Shown here one piece after another: positions 54,307 to 64,000 of a DNA stretch of 64,000 nt (the stretch's first letter is position 1; each line of letters opens with the position of its first letter). The translations under genes and the position numbers were made by a program. Source of the DNA: Vicugna vicugna. Taxonomy: Eukaryota. The stretch covers positions 10,273,009-10,337,008 of the forward strand of contig MU058781.1 of NCBI GenBank assembly GCA_013265495.1, written 5' to 3'. Under the pieces are notes generated by a model. It did not search any database and was not told the DNA's origin. It saw nothing but the letters and a program-made list of their open reading frames with translations.

Positions 54307-55299
54307 ACACTTTCAACACATACCTCCTGATTTCTTCACGATTATCCAGGAGAGCCTTTCCTGGAGAGTTTTATTTCTAAGCTTCACGTGAACATCTGGA
54401 GTTTTCAAGGTGAAAATGACTCCTTGTGGGTTGGTCTTAACAGCACGCTGGGTAGCACACACTGAAAGAGATTAAGATGGACAATGGGACCACACAACAG
54501 TTTCCTCCCTTATAAACCTTTTACATCACTTATCAGAATTTTAATTCCATCTGCTAAGTAACGCAGGGCCCAAAAGCAGAGACTGTGCGTGCAGCCACGG
54601 GCTGGACCCCTCACTGCTTTCTCATGGCACCTGCACTGCTGTTTCTGTGGGCCTCTGGTGAAGCAAGGCAAGTCTGAGTTAAACGGTTAATCCTTTAATT
54701 TTTTCAATAGGAAGAGAAAACATGATTTTAATGACCATTTGCCCATTGCTGGAAAAGTATAGCCCTTTACAATTTAGATCCAAATAATCTTATCAATTAA
54801 CATATTTTAGAATGATTTAAGTTAGAGTATTTAAATATAATTCTTGGAAGAAAGATCTTTCCTTAACAAAGCTGGAGTGCTCATTGCCAGGCAGCAGAGA
54901 TGGGCAATGTTAATGTCAATTTCTTTACTTTTTATAAATGCCACCTGTGTTACCAGCATTGATTTGAAGGTGATGTAATTTTCTTGCACATCCATTAGTT
55001 TTATAGGTTTTTGGCAAGCCCTGCTGCTGTGTTGATTAGATATAGTAACTGTGTCTATTTAAACATGGTTTTAAATGCTTGGCTCGACTCTCTATATTGG
55101 CTGGATAACAAGACATACAGTAGATGCTTTAACTTAAGGTTGTGCTAAGCAGTGATTTGACACATAGCTTAGTGTTTAGCCACTTGTGATAATAAGCACT
55201 TTAATTGTGGAGTTAATTGTAGGTACCTGCAAGACATACCTTTAAGTGATCCTGACAAATGAGATACAGACCCTCATTTGTGAGAGTGGCTTTATTCTA

Positions 55300-55484
55300 A
55301 CAATGTTTCTGAAAGCTCAGTCCTCAAAACAGCAGGATCAGCATCATCTGGGAACATGTGAGAAATGCAAATTCTTGGCCCCACCCCAGACCCGCTGAAT
55401 CAGATTCTCTGGGGGTGGGGCCCAGGAAGCTGCTTTAACAAGCTTTCCTGGTGATTCTTCCCATGCTAGTTTGAGAACCTCTAG
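55300..55484. mobile_element. MER5A-like hAT-Charlie MITE
   Basis: cagcatcatctgggaacatgtgagaaatgcaaattcttggccccaccccagacccgctgaatcaga...ttaacaagc...ggtgattc...agtttgagaacc. Confidence 0.88.
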
Positions 55485-56162
55485 TATAAGAGAATCCCTG
55501 ACACGCAGTGCTGCTACATTCTGGCACCAAATAACTCAACGTGAATCATTTTTATAATTACTCTTAATGAATTAACCTTCTGTACCCAAATTAGCAAATG
55601 CTGGAAAATCATTTAACATTAATGAAAAATTATCAGTTATCTCTTAATTTTTGAATATTTATCCTCACCCTGATAGATAGTGGCTTATAATAAATGTATT
55701 AGGATTGAGGTTTGCAGTGAGGGAAAGCAGCTAATCTTTGTTTTCTTTATCTCTCCTTGCTTCCTCGTTTTCATTATCTAAAGAAGTTAACATCGCATGC
55801 TCCATTACACAAGATGCAGCTTTTATTATCTTTTATCTCTTCCTGAACCCCTTCTATAAATGCTACTTGATTACTCTTGCATGTTGAGATAGACATTTAG
55901 AATAATCAAAACATCGAGAAAGTGATGCTTGGTTAATCAGGGCAGCGCAGCTTCCATGACACAGATAAATGGGCTGAGGCCGATGTAAACACAAGTTCTA
56001 CTGGACGGGCTGAGATGATGTTTTACGGGAAGGAATAGAGTGAGAGACTTGATGCTAACGAATAAACAAACAAAATGGGAACATACGAATTTTCCAACAA
56101 AAGAAGTATTAATTTCTCTAGGGAAAATAAGAGCCCCGATAATTTAGATATCTTGAAATTCA

Positions 56163-56330
56163 CTGCAGGGAATTCAATTCACTTGTAATAACATATAGTG
56201 GGAAAGAATCTGAAAAAAAGTTTATGTTATATGTATACATATAACTGAATCGCTTTGCTGTACACCTGGAACTAATATTGTAAATCAGCTACACTTCAAT
56301 AAAAAAATAAAATAAGTAAAATAAAATAAT
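56163..56330 (+). mobile_element. L1 3' UTR fragment
   Basis: cagggaa...ttgtaataacatatagtgggaaagaatctgaaaaa...ctttgctgtacacctg...acttcaataaaaaaa. Confidence 0.85.
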
Positions 56331-56824
56331 TACAACCAAAAAAAGAATGTTATTTGGAAGAAAGACATTAAAAAAAAACTCTTCAGAATAACACAATCTG
56401 CATTTGATAGGCAACTGAAAGGTTATCTATTTGAATAAATCAAGAAAAATATTTTTTAAATTTCATTGTTCATTTGTACATTCACTTATCAAACACTAAT
56501 TTGACATTTTATTTTTGTCCACTTTTAGCTGAGCTGAAACTATGAGACATTCTGTGTGAGACTTGGAAGCCAGAAATGAACCATAGCCAGGGTGCTTCAG
56601 GGCACTGTGTCACTTACACCTTGGTTCACCTTGTGAGGACAAGCTGGAATCCACAGGGATGAACTGGAACTCCTGAGGGTCTCTAACAACCTCTGAAGAT
56701 CTCTCTCTGATTACAGCTGGACCTGCAGAAGTAGGTATTTCCATAATGTAGGTGTATGTGTAAGTGGTACGGGAATTTGAGATGCTAGAGGAAGGTATCC
56801 ACCAGGATCCGTGTTTGCAAATCT

Positions 56825-57147
56825 GAAAATCTCTGTGACTTACAAGTTATAAAGATTTATTTCTGGCTCATAATATGTGGTGATCTCTGCTAAGGAGCTG
56901 CGCTCATCCTGTCTTTTCATCTTGTACCCCAGGCAGAAGGAGCAGTCCTGATCTGGAAAATGCCCTTCTCCTGGTAAGGGGTGAGCCCATTCCCTCATGG
57001 TCTAGGCTCAAACATACCTTTGGCTACATGAACTCATGTTTTGTTAGGCAAACATGTCACACAGCCAGACCTGAATTCTATGGGGCAGGAACGTATTTTC
57101 CTCTTACAAAGAATGGGGAATGAATAGTGGCCAATAGCAATGCCACA
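56825..57147 (-). mobile_element. Old MaLR LTR (MLT1J/K-like)
   Basis: aaatctctgtgactta...atttatttctggctca...ccccaggcagaaggagcag...gtcacacagccagacctga...gccaca. Confidence 0.55.
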
Positions 57148-59513
57148 ACCATAGTAATTAATTAAATAACTCTAAGTTGAGATTGGTTATTATTTATTGG
57201 AGGCCTGGAAGGTCCAATGCTCAACCATCTTAAAGCATAAGACAAAAATGCAGTGAGATGAAAACTGGAGAATAGGAAATTTTAAAAAGCAGAAGTTCCA
57301 AAAGGAAAAAACTCAACAATTATGGAAGAGAGGTATCACTGAAATAAATATGAAAATAAAATTTCCTTGAATAAAAAAAGTTCTGATTTTGCACCAGACT
57401 ACAATTATGAAAAAAAGACATACCTTGGAAAATTCTGATAAAATTTCTGACTCTAAGAACTGCTTAAAAAAAAAAAAACCACTAACCATTTATTTTCCAA
57501 GTAGAGATAATAAAATAACCCCAAAAGAAAACAAAATTTCAGACCATCGTCAGGCTTTTTATCTCGAATACTGGCAACTACAGAAGAATGAGACAGCAAT
57601 ATAGAGCAGGGAAAGCATAAAGGGCTGCCGTCTTGAGTCCTGAACCAGCCAAGACCTTATTCACCAGTGAAAATGAAAGGTAACTGAGGTTGTGTAGGAA
57701 TTCTGAGAGTCTTCTCATTTACATCAGTGACAGCATGAATCAGAAAAGAAACACGAAAATTGTAATAACGAGGAAAATATAGTATGAAAAACTGTTACGT
57801 AGGCTACATAACTAATTACCTAGCTCACAAGCTAGATATAGGTGGGTACAGAAATATACATCTGTACAGCAATCTGCAGGGCTACACTGAATAGGTAACT
57901 GCATAACCAGACTTGCAGTTTACAATGACATCTTCTCTGAAAGTTTGGTGTCCCAACTAATTGGACTGGTTTCCATGCCATACAGGTCGTCACATTTTGA
58001 ATACTTCCCTTGCAATATAAAGGGTTATATTTATAATTCCTGGAAGTTTTTAAGAAGGACTTTTGAAATAGAAAAGAGATACTGGCCCTGGTTTCTCTGT
58101 GGAGACGTAAGTGCAGCTTGGTGGGAAAAATAGTAACTACCTTAATTTCAATGAATTGTATATTCATAAGTGTCTAATTATAAGAACAGCAACTATCTTG
58201 ATTGGAAAATTTCATTAGAATTCCCAGTTAACAAGACAAACATGAAACAAATAGTAACTTGATTAACTGAGTAACAAAATAAGGAAAAAAAGACAATTAA
58301 CAATGTATAATGAAGGAAAAATAAAATAGAAGGAATGAAATCAAATTTACTGGTTTTTAAGGTATATAAATAATTTTAAAATCTTGAGTTTAAGAAAAAA
58401 ATCTAAACTGAAATGAAAACTGTCTTTAGAAAGCAAGAAAAAGAACATTTCAGAAGAATATCTGTGACATAGCAAAATAATATCTTTGTAATATTTCTCT
58501 TTTCCCAGAGGGAAATGAACAGCCTTAAATGTCTTTGATGTTAAAGAAGAGAAGGAATTAAATATCCATTTAAGAAGTTAGAAAATAAAAATGCAAGATG
58601 TAGGAATTAGTAGAGATAAATGTAAACTGATGAAATAGAAAAAAATAAAAAACATTCAAAGGATAAATAACTATATCTATTCTCTGGGCAGGGAGCAGTA
58701 AAATAGGTAACCCCTTTAGAAGTCTGCTTAAAGAATAAAACTGGATAGTCAAAATGGATAATATTAAATATGAGAAAAGAGACAAAACCACAAAGAAAGA
58801 AAAGCTAGACAAAAAAGAGAATGCTATTTGAACAATTTGCCAAAAATGACAGAGTAGAAAACTGAACAGAGCCAATTACCAGAGAAGAGATTGAAAGCTG
58901 AAGCATCACCACTGAAAAATGGACCTGAACAAGGGCTTGCAGCCAAACATTATGTAATCTTTGAAGAACAGTTAAGTAAGTTTGATATTGTTTAGATTAT
59001 GCAAGGCTATAGAAAATAATGAAATTCACTCATTTCTTTTGTGAAATTAGCATTATTTTGATACTACTACCTGATATAAAGACTATTATTACAGACAAAT
59101 CTCAATGAATAAAGAGGTAAAAATTCTAAATCACGTAATAATAGAATTCAGCAGTGCATGAAGAGAGTATTTCACTATTTCTAGTTCGCATTTAAAGAAC
59201 TTACGGGGCCTTTATATCAGGACATCTATCAACATAATTTATTATAAGCTGATGAAGGGGAAAAAGTTTGATTACTATTAACAGATGCTAAAAATTATTT
59301 TATTAAAATTCAGCAGTCAATTCAATTTAAAATTCTAAAAAATTGAGAATCAAAGGAAAGTACTTAAGTGTAACAAAGGCTATTTACAAAAATAGTAAAG
59401 CTTAACACAAATTGTGAAAATTGAAAACATTTTATTGAAGATAAAGGACTAGAAAAAGATCTTCACTATCACTATAATTAGTTGTTCTTCAAATTTTAAA
59501 CATAAGCAATAAA

Positions 59514-59552
59514 GTCTATGGCCATACTACCCAGAACGCACCTGATCTCATC
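59514..59552 (+). pseudogene. 5S rRNA 5' fragment (nt 1-39), tailless retropseudogene
   Basis: gtctatggccatactacccagaacgcacctgatctcatc matches mammalian 5S GTCTACGGCCATACCACCCTGAACGCGCCCGATCTCGTC at 33/39, with 4 of 6 changes being CpG transitions; flanked by a 17-bp direct repeat. Confidence 0.88.
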
Positions 59553-59784
59553 ATAAATATGAGCAATGAAGTGAGACAATGAAATCAACAAGGTAAGCAT
59601 CTGGTAAACAAAGTTACTTTGCTGGGGATATAACTGAAGATGGAGAAAAGCAAGAGATTTTTGTTTAAAATTTTTATAATTAATATGATTATCTGGACAC
59701 CTTCATCAATGGCTTTTTTCCTAACCTAGACAATAGCTAGCACAGATGTAAATGGCAAAAACTATTCAATTTAAAATAATATCA

Positions 59785-59935
59785 GGGGAAAGTATAGCTC
59801 AAGTGGTAGATCACATGCTTAGCGTATACAAGGCCCTGGGTTCAATCCCCAGTATCGCCTCCAAAATTAAATAAACCTAATTACCTCCCCCTGCGGAAAA
59901 ATAAATTAAATTAAATTAAATTAAATTAAGAAAAA
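59785..59935 (+). mobile_element. tRNA-derived SINE (vic-1-like) with (TAAAT)n tail
   Basis: A box tagctcaagtgg, B box ggttcaatcc; TSD taaaat(a/c)atatca at 59772-59784 and 59936-59948. Confidence 0.92.
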
Positions 59936-60762
59936 TAAAATCATATCAAAAACAACAAAATGCCAAAGAATGAAATTTAATAAAAACACTATAATAACTA
60001 GAGGAAGAAAAAAATTAAATCTTACTAAATAACTTCAGAGTTTATCATATCACATTTTCTTGGATGGGAAGGCTTAATGTTACATTGTAAAATATACAGT
60101 TTATTTCTATATGGAGGAGAGAAAAATAGCCTTATTAGATATCACATGCTATAATGTCACTTTAATGAAATAAAGACAGTATCAGTGTAGGAAAAGAAAA
60201 ATAGATTAGTGAAACAGAAATAGAAAATTTCAGTTTGTAGGGCTTTAAAACAGGACAAAGCAGTCGTTAATTCAGTGGGAAAAAGATAAATTTTTAAACA
60301 ACACAGGCACAACTGGCCAACCATCTGGAAAGGAATAAAAATGGAACTTCATCTTACCCGACATACAAAAATAAATTCCAGATGGACCAAATCCTTAAAT
60401 GAAAAAAACAAATGGACAAACAGAAAAACCATAAAAACTTCATAAATAAGAAGACTATATATACCTAGAAATTAGTGGTTGGGTGATCATTAAAATCAGT
60501 TCTGGAATATTGGAAGGTATCATAAATATAGTCAATTTTATACAAAAAATTTTATATGGAAAATATATATAGTCAATAGACGATGACTGATCTGTAAAAC
60601 CAGTCTAATTTCTAATGACATACAAAGAGTTAATATTTATAAAGAATGAGTTTTTACAAATAGAAAACCAAACAGTTCAATAGAAATTGGATCCAAAATA
60701 TAACTAAAGAATTCACAGAAAACTAAAACTTTATAGAAAATATACTAAAATATATTCAGAAC

Positions 60763-61000
60763 ATGATGATGCTAATAGACACTGTATTGTATTAACTGAA
60801 ATTTGCTAACAGAATAGAACTTAGATGTTCTCGCATACACAGGCACACAAAGATAATAAACATGAGAAGATAGATGTGTTAATTAACTTCGGGGGAAATC
60901 CTTTCACAGAGTGTATATACGTCAAATCATCACGTTATACACTTTAAATATCTTATGATTTTTTGTCGATTATACTTCAATAAGGCTGAAAAATAAAATT
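60763..61000 (+). mobile_element. L1MA-type 3' end fragment
   Basis: actgtattgta...tgaaatttgctaa...gatgtgttaattaactt...atcatcacgttatacactttaaata...atacttcaataaggctgaaaaataaaa. Confidence 0.85.
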
Positions 61001-63189
61001 ATAACTATCTGTAACAGAAAAACCATATATAACTATATAACCTCTCACCTCTGCACCTCCTGATTCTTAGCATTGTTCATAATACGCTAATTTGGTAATA
61101 TTACAGCACTCTCATAGTGTGGTGTTATGAAGTAAATTTTGTGTTCATAGTACAATAATATATTATTCACATGGCAATAACATTAAAAATCAACCAACAA
61201 AAGATAGCCAACCATACCAGCAATACGTAAGTGACTTATGGATTAAAAACAAAAATAATGAAAATGATAGTATTTCTAGGGGAAAAAATGAAACTTTGTA
61301 TCTACAGATTTTCTCTTTCCTCTATCATTTACTATTCCTATGGAGAAGGCTGAGTGCCAGGCTATTGATTCTGCTTCTCCATATCATTTTTTTTTAATGC
61401 CTGGATAACCAAGAAAATATTTCTTTTATCTTAAATCCAGCTACTTTAAGAACATGACCTCATAGTAATTGCCTTGCATCAGTTTTTCCTAGTACATAGT
61501 GTAATGTTCCAAATTGTAGACTCAGGTATTATTTACTTTTGAAAAGCTGACTGCTTCTATTATGGTAGGGAATATAATGCAATTCCATTTATTCTGAAAG
61601 AAGAATTATGTGTGTGCTAGATAACTTGTATAGCTGTCATTTTCCACTTAAAAATTAATTTCATTCATGCTGCTTTCTATACTACTAATATTGTTTTCTG
61701 TCATGTCTTTTGAATTTCTGCGGCTTCCAAATTTCATTTTTCTCTCTTTTTCTGTTATTGTTTTTTTTATTAGTTATGGGGAGAATAGTGCATTAGAAAC
61801 ACCATTTAAAAATATTTAACTAGAAATACCAATTTATAACATTAAAAGCCTTTGACTTGCTATACAGAAAATCAAATTAATTAGAGCATATGAAAAAATT
61901 CAGTAGGATGTTATATTATTTAGGGGAGAGGTGATTGGTACTTGGAATACAAATATGAGCTGTGATGGAAATAAGTACTGAGATATAATTTGGAATAGAA
62001 TACACAGGCGTTGGAGATTGGTTAGATATAACAGGCAGAATTAAGGGAAGTGATTTTTAACTGTTACAATTTACCCATATTATCCCTAATACACCATTAG
62101 AATTACACTGAAATCTTTCACTCACTTTTGCACACGATTGGACACAACTAAGTCCATCAACAGCAAAAATCAGCAATAAACACTCCTAATCCAGTCTGAG
62201 GTACCAGCCATATAGAAAACATATATATACATACACACACATTCTCTCTTTTCAGTTTCTATTAGCTAACTCTAGTATGGTCTTTTTCATTTAATAAAGT
62301 CTAAAGAATAAAATCCCATCAAGATCCAAGACAATGAAAATGTTTTATTTGTGAAAAGAAAAGGATTTCCATATCCAGTAACAGGTTAGTGTCTAAGTAG
62401 CAATCTTCTACCGAAAGTAGCTAAAAATACTCAAAAAACATGTAAAGCGTTATCTTAAAAGTGTTGGTGACACGGCAAGTGATTAAGAAATACCCAAGTG
62501 AGGGGGTGAGTAAATGTGGGACCACAAAGAGGTTAGCAGAGCACCAAAACCAGTTTCATCCAAGGGTGGTGTTCCAAATCTTTTTACTACTTTTTATAAA
62601 TCCCCTTTGATTGACTCTTGTGCCATTTCCAGGTTTTATCATCATTCTTAGTGAAGAGCAGCAAGAAAAAATGAGTCTACATATCCTGTCCAGACTGGAA
62701 GTATCCTTATTATCTTACAAACTGTACAAATATGATTTACGTACCCTTTTGTTATTTAGATTTTTTAAATCTTTAAATTTTAAAATAAATTAGAATTTTA
62801 AATATAAAATGCTGACTAGGTTTAATCTTTTTAGTCTGTCTGGTGCCCCCTTAAAACTTCCTCTTGGATATCTGCCTATTGGAATGCAAAAAAACAGTAT
62901 GCAGATGAATAAAAGGATCTTTTTCTATTCTAACTGTCCATTTCTAACTGTAATAAATGACATCCAAGAATCATCATCAACAAACTGAACATCCACCATC
63001 GAAACTATTACTTCATCTGCACTTTATATGTAGTATATATTAGTTTATTCTATTGTATTTATTGTGTTCTAAATTTTATGATTTGGTTGGAAATACAGAG
63101 TGAAGCTTGTTTAAGGACCAGAAAATTCTAATTATTTTTCCTGACCACCTGATATGTATTTGTTGCCTTAAGTATATTATTCAACTTTA

Positions 63190-63362
63190 TCAACATAACA
63201 CACCTACAATCATAGTATTATTATCTCTATTGCAAAGTGAAAAAATTGATGCTGTTTTCCCTGTAAATTGTCTATGATCATATAGCTGGCTATAAAAAGT
63301 GCCGAGACTGGGAAATGAACTCCTATCTCTTTCCAAAGTCAATATACTCTATACCATACTAT
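63190..63362 (-). mobile_element. MIR remnant
   Basis: tattattatctctattgcaaagtgaaaaaattgatgct...atcatatagctgg...gccgagactgggaaatgaactc. Confidence 0.6.
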
Positions 63363-64000
63363 TTTAATAAAAATTGACAATATCAAATTAATGCTATGTA
63401 AAAAGAAAATGTAAATGAGCTTGTCTAATTTCTCTCTTCTATTTTTCACAAATTCAAAACTAAAATTTCTATTTTTTAGCAGAAAGTAAAAAAAAAATTG
63501 AGAATGGAAAATCCTACAGAATCTAAGATCTAAGAAACCTTTCTCTCTTTTCCTTGGTTTATTTTATTTTTAAAATTCAACTGGAATCATACTCAAAATT
63601 TTAAAAAGTAGATACTTGCTTGAGGAACAAAAACATCCCACAAAATGTATGGAATCCCTTCCCCTGCTAACCTCACTATATTTAAGTAGATAGTAGGAAT
63701 GAGTTTCCCTATTTTGCTGGGTACTATTACTTTGAGCTTGATATAAAGATTTGGGGGAAGATAAGATTAATTGCATTCCTGGAAACATTAATGTGAGTAA
63801 CTATTTTGTCAGTGAGTTCATAGAATTTACATGTAGTTTTAATCTGGAGTATTTTTATCAAGTGTAAACATTTTTAAGTGCTTTATGAAAAGCTATTTAA
63901 TTCTGAGATAGACATTGAAGGCAACTTACTTTTTCATATTTTTTCAAGGTCCAAATGATGCTGCCCCTATGTAAAAAAAAAAAAATTCCCATTTTGTCAT

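Larger units (their letters stand above)
57200..60760 (+). mobile_element. Ancient, internally deleted L1M (ORF1- and ORF2-derived relic) with nested inserts
   Basis: A-rich, with degenerate ORF2 motifs (ctgaacagagccaattaccagagaagagattgaaa; acagatgctaaaaa; catacaaaaataaattccagatggaccaaatccttaaatg); no open frame. Confidence 0.7.

Noticed and set aside
62560..62890. Possible hAT MITE with imperfect terminal inverted repeats
   Set aside because: The TIR match is only partial and no TSD is visible; too degenerate to call.
1..64000. Short ORFs in the six-frame track as genes (e.g. 14051-14509, 17086-17472, 27518-27910, 41405-41887)
   Set aside because: No recognisable domains, many non-ATG starts, no consistent exon chain, and several lie inside TEs. 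Their lengths are in the chance range.
1..64000. CRISPR array, operon or other prokaryote-type system
   Set aside because: The DNA is mammalian (L1, L2, MIR, MaLR). I saw no repeat-spacer array and no gene-dense segment.

Overview
AT-rich, CpG-poor mammalian DNA, either a large intron or intergenic. I find no recognisable protein-coding gene. The only ORFs in the track with recognisable homology are decayed LINE-1 ORF2 pieces (19732-19926 +, 21228-21515 -). The host looks camelid (inference): there are five short tRNA-derived SINEs of vic-1 type and artiodactyl-type L1 3' ends, and I saw no Alu, Bov-tA/BovB or PRE1. The window holds young 5'-truncated L1s and SINEs, several with readable target-site duplications (TSDs). 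It also holds old L1M, L2, MIR, MLT1 and LTR33 LTRs, and Tigger2/MER5A MITEs. TE-poor stretches between them carry clusters of developmental transcription-factor motifs. The best details are a tailless 39-nt 5S rRNA retrocopy with a TSD, a four-layer nested TE stack explained by one deletion, a closely spaced inverted L1 pair, a 371-bp tandem duplication that looks like an assembly artefact, and one candidate 78-nt in-frame exon. I see no evidence for a novel biological system. Repeat family names come from recalled consensus sequences, not a database search, and boundaries of old elements are approximate.
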